Source: a virus
Strand: one strand, 5' to 3'
Virus record (IMG/VR): IMGVR_UViG_3300020419_001178
Span: 64,001 to 128,000 of that record
DNA length: 64,000 nucleotides
Part shown: one piece after another, positions 28,609 to 36,547 of the stretch
How the letters are laid out: each line of letters opens with the position of its first letter
Position numbering within the stretch: the stretch's first letter is position 1
Notes under the pieces: generated by a model
What the model was told of the DNA's origin: nothing
The model's database searches: none
The model's input: the letters and a program-made list of their open reading frames with translations, nothing else
Program-made: the position numbers and the translations under genes

Positions 28609-29009
28609 TATTAGACAAGATTAAAAATCGTGGTGAAGAAATGGCTCCATTAGAAGGGCATGATAGATTACAGTATCTTATTGATATTGCTAGAGAAGTT
28701 CCTCCTTTAGGAGATGAAGATAAAATAGATGAAAATAAAATCAGAGGTTGTGCTAGTAATCTTTGGGTGCTAGGTAAAGTTAATAAAGATGGAACAATGT
28801 CATACAAACATGACGCAGATTCGTGGATAACAAAAGGAACTGCTAAAGTTTTAGTTGATTTGCTAGACGGTGAACATCGTAACGAAATAGCACAATTGAC
28901 TTTACAAAGTTTTGAAGGGTTAGGAATTAGAAATCTTTTAACAATGCAGAGACAAGTTGGTTTTGGCAGTTTAGTAGAACGTATGATAGGAATAGCAAAG
29001 AATGAATGA
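28605..29009 (+). CDS. sufE: SufE-family sulfur acceptor (Fe-S cluster assembly), auxiliary metabolic gene
   Basis: DRLQYLID...NKIRGCASNLW with the conserved Cys, DADSWITKG and LLTMQRQVGF (LSxxRxNG-like); 134 aa. Confidence 0.85.
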   Translation: MILDKIKNRGEEMAPLEGHDRLQYLIDIAREVPPLGDEDKIDENKIRGCASNLWVLGKVNKDGTMSYKHDADSWITKGTAKVLVDLLDGEHRNEIAQLTLQSFEGLGIRNLLTMQRQVGFGSLVERMIGIAKNE

Positions 29010-29202
29010 TGACATACATGACAAGCTAACCAAGGCCTATATGGCGTATTTTAAGGCTAATGAGGCATTTGAAGCAAGAAATTCAGTACGTACCCATAGA
29101 GAAACTAGAAAGTGGCTCCGTGAGATTCGATCTTTAGCAAAACAACGTATGGATGAAGTACATTATAAGCATAATTCCAAGAACGAGACACCAGAAGAAT
29201 AG
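29002..29202 (+). CDS. Small helical basic protein, possibly related to the Hc1 histone-like N-terminal family
   Basis: 66 aa, overlaps the sufE stop; F...N.......RKWL.EIR.LAK.R..E pattern. Confidence 0.55.
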   Translation: MNDDIHDKLTKAYMAYFKANEAFEARNSVRTHRETRKWLREIRSLAKQRMDEVHYKHNSKNETPEE

Positions 29203-29207
29203 GCCAG

Positions 29208-29215
29208 GGTAAGTA
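29208..29215 (+). promoter_or_regulatory. Variant late promoter GGTAAGTA, 5 nt before the GIY-YIG ATG
   Basis: TAAGTA-TCCAT-ATG has the same geometry as the TAAATA-N5-ATG sites at 17780 and 36283; no clear SD. Confidence 0.45.
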
Positions 29216-29220
29216 TCCAT

Positions 29221-29652
29221 ATGCTGTGGACTTATCAAGGTAAAGAAATTACAAAACTGCCAGAAGATATAGAAGGATTTGTATATCTAATTACAAATAA
29301 GACTAACAACAAAAAATATATAGGCAAAAAACTAGCCAAATTTAAGAAAACACGCCCACCACTCAAAGGCAAGAAGAACAAAAGACGAAGCAAAGTTGAA
29401 AGCGATTGGAAAGATTACTGGGGTTCCTCAGATCATCTTATCGCAGACGTACAACAACTAGGTGAAGAAAATTTTACTAGAGAAATATTATATCTATGTC
29501 AAACAAGAGGCTTAATGAGCTATTTAGAGGCTAAGGAACAATTTGACCGCAAAGTTCTGGAAACAGACGAATACTATAATGGTATTATCAATGTGCGGGT
29601 AGGTGGTTCAAAAATTCTTAAAGAACATTTATCAAAACTTAAGGCAATATAA
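29221..29652 (+). CDS. Stand-alone GIY-YIG endonuclease (143 aa) with a Lys/Arg-rich arm
   Basis: GFVYLITN....KKYIGKK, YWGSS, FTREIL, E-containing helix SYLEAKEQ and YYN; no C-terminal NUMOD/HTH domain. Confidence 0.85.
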   Translation: MLWTYQGKEITKLPEDIEGFVYLITNKTNNKKYIGKKLAKFKKTRPPLKGKKNKRRSKVESDWKDYWGSSDHLIADVQQLGEENFTREILYLCQTRGLMSYLEAKEQFDRKVLETDEYYNGIINVRVGGSKILKEHLSKLKAI

Positions 29653-30056
29653 GGACGCTGTTTGATCGGGAAAGCTCGATCCGCTTTGAGGACATGGACA
29701 CCCATGTTCAGAATCTAGCGAGTCCACTAAACTGTTGCTCCAGAAAACTCCACGCAAAGGAACGAAGCGGGAGATAGCGGAGAATCCGCGAAGCGGTTGC
29801 GTTAGCAAAACCGGTTACGCAGATTTTACGTGATGTCGACGTAGGTTGGGAAAGGTCAGAGCCCATGGAGCAAGTCAAATACCTACTTCCGATCTCGGCT
29901 GTGCGAACTCACATGAAGCTTGGGATGATGGGACCTCGTGTAAGGTTCCGTCTGACTGAAACAATCTACATGAAACGTAAGTGCTTCGCACTTAATTCAA
30001 GTAAAATAACAGGTGTTTGAGCGAAAGCGATAACACGAATGATCGTTAGATCATTC
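29653..30056 (+). ncRNA. Putative large structured ncRNA (family not identified) starting at the GIY-YIG stop codon
   Basis: ORF-free, roughly 50% GC in an AT-rich genome. Many stems contain G-U pairs, and there are three or more long-range complementarities (29735-42/29866-73, 29841-46/29881-86, 29855-60/29951-56). Confidence 0.7.
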
Positions 30057-30106
30057 CAATCCAATGAGTACAATCATCACAGGGATCGTCACAAATGCCA
30101 AGACTG

Positions 30107-30292
30107 TTAATGAAGGTCAGGATCACGGCCAAATCCAGGTTTCACGCTACTAACTTCTACGGGAATGACTTTGAATTCAAAATGTGGTTCTGTATCACGT
30201 TTTGTGTTTATGTAGTAGTTGACTTCTTCCTGTGAATTAAGTTCCTCAATAACGTTACCCGCAGGGTCAACTATCTGATATCTAGTAATCAT
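30107..30292 (-). CDS. Small hypothetical protein (61 aa), probably late
   Basis: ATTAAATA motif at 30299-30306, 6 nt before the ATG; fills the gap and converges on the structured element. Confidence 0.65.
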   Translation of the reverse strand: MITRYQIVDPAGNVIEELNSQEEVNYYINTKRDTEPHFEFKVIPVEVSSVKPGFGRDPDLH

Positions 30293-30327
30293 ATAGATTA
30301 TTTAATAAGTAATTATGTCTTCAAATG

Positions 30328-30335
30328 TATAAATA
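30328..30335 (+). promoter_or_regulatory. T4-consensus late promoter TATAAATA
   Basis: Exact match; divergent partner ATTAAATA at 30299-30306 on the minus strand. Confidence 0.8.
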
Positions 30336-30355
30336 TAATGGAATAGGAGTTATTG

Positions 30356-31054
30356 ATGAAGGTTTTAGACGTTTTAACAGAGTCCAAAAAAGTTAATGAA
30401 GGACCATTACGGTTCTTAAAGCGTACATTGGGTAAAAACACAGCTATGGGCAAGTCCGCACAGCTGGATGTAGAAATTGACAAAGAAGTAAAAAACATAT
30501 ACAAGGACTATGTCGCAGTAAGTAAACAAGATCCTAAGAAACAAGGAATGACTGTTGACAGTTTAAGTAGGTTTTTAGCGGCCAAAGGTTTTGTAAATAG
30601 TCCTAAAGAAGTAGTTGCCTTTATCAAACAAGACACAAGCCTAGCTAAAAAATTAGGCAGAGGTGCTGTAGCAGGCGGTAAAAAAACTATTGATGCTACC
30701 AAGAAAGGCGCAACTGCAGTAATAGATGCTGGTAAGAAAATCAAGCAGAAGATGGCTAGCAAGTCTACAGGGCTAACACCTGATCAACCTAATCTTCCAG
30801 GCATTGAATCCATGAGTGAATCAGTGTTGTTGGAACAGTCCATGTCAGGCTCGGAAGTAAAGAAAGTTATCAAACGTTTCGTACAGCAAGGCTTTCAAAA
30901 GCAACTGGGCGGAAGAGTACGTAAGAGTGCCTACGCAACTGACACGGGTGATAACATGATGCCAACTGATGACATCCAAACTGCTCTTGATACTTTGAGA
31001 AACGCTGGCTTTACAATAGACGACGAAAAGAAAAAGATCAAAGCCCCAGCTTAG
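30356..31054 (+). CDS. Probable internal head protein (basic, with a capsid-targeting-like N-terminus)
   Basis: AGGAG SD at 30345-49 places the start at ATG 30356; MKVLDVLTE-SKKVNE-G resembles the T4 internal-protein CTS and L/V-x-E gp21 cleavage sites; late promoter. Confidence 0.55.
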   Translation: MKVLDVLTESKKVNEGPLRFLKRTLGKNTAMGKSAQLDVEIDKEVKNIYKDYVAVSKQDPKKQGMTVDSLSRFLAAKGFVNSPKEVVAFIKQDTSLAKKLGRGAVAGGKKTIDATKKGATAVIDAGKKIKQKMASKSTGLTPDQPNLPGIESMSESVLLEQSMSGSEVKKVIKRFVQQGFQKQLGGRVRKSAYATDTGDNMMPTDDIQTALDTLRNAGFTIDDEKKKIKAPA

Positions 31055-31287
31055 AAAAAAGGCTGTCCGGATTTTTTAGCAGTTTCTATATTTTCTTTAA
31101 TTAAATCATTTAACAGTTCTATGTCTTCTTTTGATAAGTCATAACTGTCTTCTACAGACAAGGATCCTCTCATCCACCAACACAGTCTATATAGACTGGC
31201 TTTAATTTGCTTTACCTCGCCTTCGAGGACCTTAACCTCGTTTTGGATTTTATCGAGTGACCATGTTAAGATCCGGAGCCGAAAAAA
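31051..31287 (-). CDS. -1 frame extension of the gp26-like gene (gp51-like/gpT-like segment); not in the ORF track
   Basis: Open frame FFRLRILTWSLDKIQNEVKVLEGEVKQIKASLYRLCWWMRGSLSVEDSYDLSKEDIELLNDLIKENIETAKKSGQPFF*. It begins at the slippery heptamer, and its stop overlaps the stop of the convergent gene. Confidence 0.75.
   Translation of the reverse strand, partial: FFRLRILTWSLDKIQNEVKVLEGEVKQIKASLYRLCWWMRGSLSVEDSYDLSKEDIELLNDLIKENIETAKKSGQPFF
31227..31287 (-). promoter_or_regulatory. Programmed -1 ribosomal frameshift signal (slippery site plus stimulatory stem-loop)
   Basis: T TTT TTC (31287-31281), 6-nt spacer GGCTCC, then GGAUCUUAAC (31274-31265) pairing with GUUAAGGUCC (31236-31227), with an inner CUCG/CGAG stem. 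Confidence 0.75.
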
Positions 31288-32186
31288 TTGCTCTGATCAA
31301 ATGTAATCGGAACTTCGAAAGTTTCTGGAGCACCTGCTTTTATTTCATCTTCATCTGCCTGTATTGTTACAGGTTTAATATCAAAATTTGTTTTTTGTGC
31401 TTTGATACGATCAGATATTTGATTGAAAACAACTGCTTCACAGTTTTCCAAGAAGTCTTTCAAGTATGCTGGATTTGTTACAGCTTCGGTTTCACCATCG
31501 GGTTGTATAGATACAACGCTGTCAATTAAAACATTGATATTGATCTCAGTCAATTTTGTAAATGCTTTTTGGAATCTTGCTAACTTTACTCCTTGATCTA
31601 TATCATCGTTGTCTATTATCGAAAACACTCTCTGTTCTTCAAATGCTTTTACAGCTTGTTCAGTCTGTGTCTTGTAACTGATAGGTTTAATACCTACTGT
31701 GAAACCATCTATCTTATGTGAAGTTTCAAAATGTGCTGATTGAAGATGATCGTATATAGTTTGTAAACTATAAGCAAAATCTCTTACAATCTTTGTATTC
31801 GGAACAGTTGCTGAAATTTCAATAGTCTCGCCATATGTTGCCATTCTGATAGCAACTAGTAAAGTATCAAGATCAATTGAAGGACATTGCCAAGCATTTT
31901 TTATGTTTGGGACACAACTTTGTATTACATCAACTGTAGCTTGTCCATTCAATAACGCATCAGGTGTCTTGAACGTAATTTCATCCCTGGCTGTCATCGC
32001 ATAAACAGGAAGTTCCCCAGACTCTGGCATTTCAATACTGCCCTGTGGCCAGTAAGTTCCTTTGCTAGGCAGTTTAATGTAGATTTTTGGTTGTCGTAGG
32101 TGTTTCTTTAATGGGTTAACCTGAGGTTGCCCCATAGGAACACCAGTACCGCCGGGTGTCATTGGCGGAATAGTATTATCTACCAT
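31266..32186 (-). CDS. gp26: gp26-like baseplate hub/tail assembly chaperone
   Basis: IYIKLPSKG, PVYAMTARDE and DLDTLLVAIR.ATYGE motifs; ends NFFGSGS; AGGAG SD. Confidence 0.75.
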   Translation of the reverse strand: MVDNTIPPMTPGGTGVPMGQPQVNPLKKHLRQPKIYIKLPSKGTYWPQGSIEMPESGELPVYAMTARDEITFKTPDALLNGQATVDVIQSCVPNIKNAWQCPSIDLDTLLVAIRMATYGETIEISATVPNTKIVRDFAYSLQTIYDHLQSAHFETSHKIDGFTVGIKPISYKTQTEQAVKAFEEQRVFSIIDNDDIDQGVKLARFQKAFTKLTEININVLIDSVVSIQPDGETEAVTNPAYLKDFLENCEAVVFNQISDRIKAQKTNFDIKPVTIQADEDEIKAGAPETFEVPITFDQSNFFGSGS

Positions 32187-32199
32187 GTTTATTTCTCCT

Positions 32200-32234
32200 G
32201 CTAAATAGTATGTAAGTCATACAGTATATTTATG
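32200..32234. promoter_or_regulatory. Face-to-face late promoters: GCTAAATA (+, 32200-07) and CATAAATA (-, 32227-34)
   Basis: Both motifs lie in the 75-nt gap between the divergent gp26-like and tape measure genes. Confidence 0.6.
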
Positions 32235-32261
32235 GCTATTAATAATGTGAGTATATAATTC

Positions 32262-34553
32262 ATGGCAATGGTAACAGTTGAAATACCCGGAATAGGCGAA
32301 GTTGAAGCAAAAAATGCCGCTTCTGAGCAGACTTTAAAGGAAATTTTAAAGGCTGTAGGAGGTAGACGCATAGGAGCAGGAGCTGGAGGCTCTGCGGGTG
32401 GTGGTTTAGATAGCAGATTATCAGATAAAGATGTCAAAAACGTAAAAGCTCTTGGAGATGCTTCTGAGTACGCAAGTGGAGAAGTAACTTCTTTTGGTAA
32501 ACGATTAAAAGGCGTAGCTGGTAGTATCCTAAATCTACTTAACGCAACAATAAGTGGTACAATAGGAGCCGCAGTAAATCTTACATCAGAACTGATATCA
32601 GGTGGAAATCAATTAACAGATTTCAGTAAACACTTACCTATTCCAGGACTACAACAGTTTACAGGACTGATAGACAATCAAATAGAGCTGTTTAGAGATT
32701 TATCTCAAACAGGTGCGACCTTTGGTAACAACATGTTTGAAATTGTTCGTGTAGCAGGAAACGCAAGTATTCCGCTACAGGACTTTGCTACGTTGTTAGG
32801 ATCCAATGCTACACAGCTTAGACTATTCGGACCGTCAGTAGAAAGTGGTGCGAGGTCATTTGCTTCTCTTTCAAAAGAACTTAGACAAGGACAGCTTGGA
32901 CAGAGATTGTTAGCAATGGGCTTTACAACACAAGAACTGAACGAAGGCTTACTTTCTTTTAATGAAATAGTACATGTAACAGGTAGAGGACAGCGTATGT
33001 CCCAAGCTGATTTAATAAAAGGTACCGCGGCATATAGCATGGAACTTGATAAGATAGCAAAACTTACAGGTCAAAGTAGAAAAGAAATGATGAACGAGGC
33101 TCAAGCAAGAAGGAGAGATGTTAATGTACAAAATGCTCTTAGAAGATTGGGACCAGAATTTGAAAATGTTTTAAATCAGGCGTCAGCAGGTAGTAAAGGA
33201 CTTGCGGCGGCCTTGGTTGATTATTCTACAGGTACAGGACAAGATCCGTTGACACAGGGTTTGATGGCTCTTAGTGATACGTTTAGAAACGAAGGTAAAA
33301 ATATACAAAATATGACAGCTGAACAAAGACAGAATTTTGCTGTTGCTGTTGGAAAAGAAATTGAAGAAATGGAAAATACAGTAGGTCCGAGTGGTGTTAA
33401 AGCTCTAACTATGCAAGGCGAACTGATAGGCGAAGCATTGAATGTTGGCGCAGAACTTAGATTCCTTAAACAAACTACTGAAGGAGCCTCTAGTGCTGTG
33501 GATAAGGAACAGAAAGCAGTGGACATGGCAACTGAGAAAGTAGCTCAGTTTGGGGAAGTAGTTAACAATGTAAGAGGCAGATTACAGGTTGAGCTGTTAG
33601 ACAGTAATATTTTCCAAGACTTGAAAAATGGATTAGCAAGTATGTTACCCAATGTAGAAGAATCCAATGATCTATATGATAAAGCCAAAAAAGCTCTGTT
33701 GCCTTTTATCGATGAACTGAATAATGTTTGGACATGGTTAAAGACAGAGGGATACGACATGATGGAAAATGCGTTTAAAAAGACTTGGGACTGGATGTCA
33801 GGACCTGGATTACAGATGGTTAAAGATTATTCTAAAATGGCTTATGATTGGTTTAGTGGAATTGATTTTGAAGGAATTAAAAACGACTTTTTAGCTGGAT
33901 GGGAAAAAGTTAAGAAATTCTTCGCAGGGTTTGATCTTGATGCTATAAAATTAAAGTTCGATAATGCCATGAAGAAGCTCGAGAACATGATGCCTGATAT
34001 TCCGTCCATAGACGAAATAAAAACATCAATGAAAGCGGCACTTAAAAAATTAACCGATGCTATCCCAGGACCGCAAGATATTAAAGACGCATTGACTGAC
34101 CTTAAAAATGAGTTTGTACAGGATATGAAAGAGCTAATTGATTATCTGTTTACTCAATTAAGGAAAGTGGTAGACGAGTATCTTGTAAATCCAGCCAAAG
34201 CAGTAATCGAAAAAGGCGAAGAAATAGTCCAAGACACCAAAGACCTAGCAATAGAAACTAAAGATAAAGTAGTTTCAGGAGTCGGGGCTTTAAAAGACAA
34301 AGCAGGAGAAACGTACCAAAATACCAAAAACGCAGTTAAAAACTTTTTAGGTTTTGGAGATAAAGATCCTGTTGTACCACCACCTACAGGTATGTCTCCA
34401 GGAGCAATGGGCGGAAAAGTCAATACGACGCCGGACGATGGTGCACTTCAGTTAAATATAACGATGGAGAAACAACTAAAAGTACTAACAGATATTGACA
34501 GACACGTCAAAGAAAATGGAAGATATGGTAATCTTTTGGATGGTATAAATTAA
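32262..34553 (+). CDS. Tape measure protein (763 aa)
   Basis: Ala/Gly/Leu/Gln-rich helical protein with Trp/Phe periodicity (VWTWL, TWDWM, AYDWF, GWEKV); N-terminal NAASEQTL; adjacent to the frameshifted chaperone-like gene. Confidence 0.7.
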   Translation: MAMVTVEIPGIGEVEAKNAASEQTLKEILKAVGGRRIGAGAGGSAGGGLDSRLSDKDVKNVKALGDASEYASGEVTSFGKRLKGVAGSILNLLNATISGTIGAAVNLTSELISGGNQLTDFSKHLPIPGLQQFTGLIDNQIELFRDLSQTGATFGNNMFEIVRVAGNASIPLQDFATLLGSNATQLRLFGPSVESGARSFASLSKELRQGQLGQRLLAMGFTTQELNEGLLSFNEIVHVTGRGQRMSQADLIKGTAAYSMELDKIAKLTGQSRKEMMNEAQARRRDVNVQNALRRLGPEFENVLNQASAGSKGLAAALVDYSTGTGQDPLTQGLMALSDTFRNEGKNIQNMTAEQRQNFAVAVGKEIEEMENTVGPSGVKALTMQGELIGEALNVGAELRFLKQTTEGASSAVDKEQKAVDMATEKVAQFGEVVNNVRGRLQVELLDSNIFQDLKNGLASMLPNVEESNDLYDKAKKALLPFIDELNNVWTWLKTEGYDMMENAFKKTWDWMSGPGLQMVKDYSKMAYDWFSGIDFEGIKNDFLAGWEKVKKFFAGFDLDAIKLKFDNAMKKLENMMPDIPSIDEIKTSMKAALKKLTDAIPGPQDIKDALTDLKNEFVQDMKELIDYLFTQLRKVVDEYLVNPAKAVIEKGEEIVQDTKDLAIETKDKVVSGVGALKDKAGETYQNTKNAVKNFLGFGDKDPVVPPPTGMSPGAMGGKVNTTPDDGALQLNITMEKQLKVLTDIDRHVKENGRYGNLLDGIN

Positions 34554-34562
34554 GGATTTAAT

Positions 34563-36287
34563 ATGAGCTGGAAAAGATATTTTAACACGTTGGATGCTGA
34601 TGGATCAAATAGTCCATTAAGTGTAGCCGGAAACCAACCAGGTCCAGCAAGAACCAATTATTCAAGTTTTTTACCTGACGTGTATACAGGAGCACCTAAC
34701 AGGGTAGAACGTTACGGACAATATAATGTAATGGATCAAGATTCTGAGGTAAATGGTGCTTTGGACATACTAGCAGAATTCTGTACGCAACTTAATACAC
34801 AAAACAAAACCTCATTTACAATAGATTTTAAACAAACAGCTACCGGTTCTGAAATAAAGATCATTGAACAATATTTACAGCAGTGGCATAGACAACAAAA
34901 TTTTGAAACTAGAATGTTCAAAATTGTTAGAAACGTATTTAAATTTGGAGATTCTTTTTTCATAAGAGATCCCGAAACAAAAACTTGGTACCATGTTGAT
35001 CCAGCAAAAGTTTCAAGCATAATTGTAAACGAGTCTGAAGGCAAAAAGCCTGAGCAGTATATTATTAGAGACATTAATCTAAACTTTGTTGATAAGGTTG
35101 CTACAACTCCTTACACTACAAACGGTAATGTTACAGGTGGTGGTGACGGTTACTTAACCGGCGGTGTTAGAGGTATGGTTGGTAACACACAAACTTCAGG
35201 ATCAAGTGCGGGTAGATTTGGTCACGACAAAACAAAAGAAATTGCTGTCAACGCTGAACACATGATACATTTAAGTTTGAGTGAAGGACTAGACAACAAC
35301 GCACCATTTGGAAACAGTTTATTAGAAGGTATATTTAAAGTATACAAACAAAAAGAATTACTTGAAGATGCTATTATTATTTACAGAACACAGAGAGCGC
35401 CGGAAAGAAGAGTCTTTTATGTTGATGTAGGTAACATGCCAAGTCACTTGGCAATGCAGTTCGTAGAACGTGTGAAAACGGAAATCCATCAAAGACGTAT
35501 ACCGTCAAAATCAGGTGGAGGCACAAGTGTAATCGATAGTGCTTATAATCCACTTTCAACAAATGAAGATTACTTCTTTCCGCAAACAGCAGAAGGACGT
35601 GGATCTAAAGTTGAAACATTACCAGGTGGTACTAACCTAGGTGAGATTGATGATCTAAAATACTTTACTAACAAACTTGTTAGAGGTTTACGTATTCCAA
35701 GTTCATACTTACCAGCCGCGGCACAGGATGAAGGACAAAGTTCATTTAACGATGGTAGAGTTGGTACAGCTTTTATTCAAGAACTAAGATTTAACAAATA
35801 CTGTGAGCGTTTACAAAACTTGCTAGTAGAAGTTTTTAACCAAGAATTTAAAAGATATCTAATGGAAAAGGGCATTAATATAGATTTAGCTATGTTTGAT
35901 ATTATGTTCCAACCTCCACAAAACTTTGCTAGTTACAGACAAAGTGAATTAGACAATCAACGTATTGGAACATTCACACAGATACAAGCTATTCCTTTTA
36001 TGAGTAATAGATATGCTATGAAACGTTTCCTAGGAATGTCAGAATCAGAACTTGCTGAAAATGAAAGACTATGGAAAGAAGAAAATGATGAAAATATTAC
36101 AACTCCAACTAATGCGAGTGGAGAAATGAGAGGCGCAGGTATAAGTGGCGCAGGAATAGAGGCCGATCTTGGAGGAGCAGAAGACACAGTTCCAGAAGAG
36201 GGAGGAGAGGACATAACAGTAGGTCAAGGAGACACAGCGGCTCCTGATCCAGCAACAGCAGGGGCACCGGATACACCTCCGGCATAA
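34563..36287 (+). CDS. gp20: Portal protein
   Basis: LLEDAIIIYR..RAPERRVFYVDVGNMP, EDYFFP, GRGSKVETLPGG.NLGEIDDLKYF and LRIPSS motifs. Confidence 0.95.
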   Translation: MSWKRYFNTLDADGSNSPLSVAGNQPGPARTNYSSFLPDVYTGAPNRVERYGQYNVMDQDSEVNGALDILAEFCTQLNTQNKTSFTIDFKQTATGSEIKIIEQYLQQWHRQQNFETRMFKIVRNVFKFGDSFFIRDPETKTWYHVDPAKVSSIIVNESEGKKPEQYIIRDINLNFVDKVATTPYTTNGNVTGGGDGYLTGGVRGMVGNTQTSGSSAGRFGHDKTKEIAVNAEHMIHLSLSEGLDNNAPFGNSLLEGIFKVYKQKELLEDAIIIYRTQRAPERRVFYVDVGNMPSHLAMQFVERVKTEIHQRRIPSKSGGGTSVIDSAYNPLSTNEDYFFPQTAEGRGSKVETLPGGTNLGEIDDLKYFTNKLVRGLRIPSSYLPAAAQDEGQSSFNDGRVGTAFIQELRFNKYCERLQNLLVEVFNQEFKRYLMEKGINIDLAMFDIMFQPPQNFASYRQSELDNQRIGTFTQIQAIPFMSNRYAMKRFLGMSESELAENERLWKEENDENITTPTNASGEMRGAGISGAGIEADLGGAEDTVPEEGGEDITVGQGDTAAPDPATAGAPDTPPA

Positions 36288-36290
36288 ATA
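36283..36290 (+). promoter_or_regulatory. Late promoter CATAAATA overlapping the portal stop, 5 nt before the next ATG
   Basis: CATAAATA-GTTAC-ATG. Confidence 0.65.
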
Positions 36291-36295
36291 GTTAC

Positions 36296-36538
36296 ATGAT
36301 ACTACGAGAATTTTTTTATTTTGATAAACAAACATTTGAACCTGTTGAAGACAAGTCCTATGATGCCGTTGATGACGAAAGTATTGTCAAACGTGACGAC
36401 ACGAGAAAAACTAGACTTTCATTAAAACAAATTAATAAAGCTCGTAAAGCGTCAGAATTCCATCAAGAAGAAAAAGATAAGGAACTAGACTTTATACGTC
36501 AGATGTACGGAATACAGGCACAACCAGAAGCCCTTTAG
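36296..36538 (+). CDS. Hypothetical head-module protein (80 aa)
   Basis: Clean ORF between the portal and transferase genes; MILRE N-terminus. Confidence 0.7.
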   Translation: MILREFFYFDKQTFEPVEDKSYDAVDDESIVKRDDTRKTRLSLKQINKARKASEFHQEEKDKELDFIRQMYGIQAQPEAL

Positions 36539-36547
36539 GAGTGTTTC

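Noticed and set aside
29847-29956. GGGAAAGGUCAGAG...UCUGAC resembles the RNase P P4 helix; group I or II intron also considered
   Set aside because: The other RNase P conserved regions, group I P7 (R/S) sequences and group II domain V were not recognisable, and no interrupted gene flanks the element.
31262-31264. ATG just after the gp26 stop as the start of the downstream ORF
   Set aside because: It is out of frame with the 76-codon extension (ACA TGG), which supports frameshifting rather than reinitiation.
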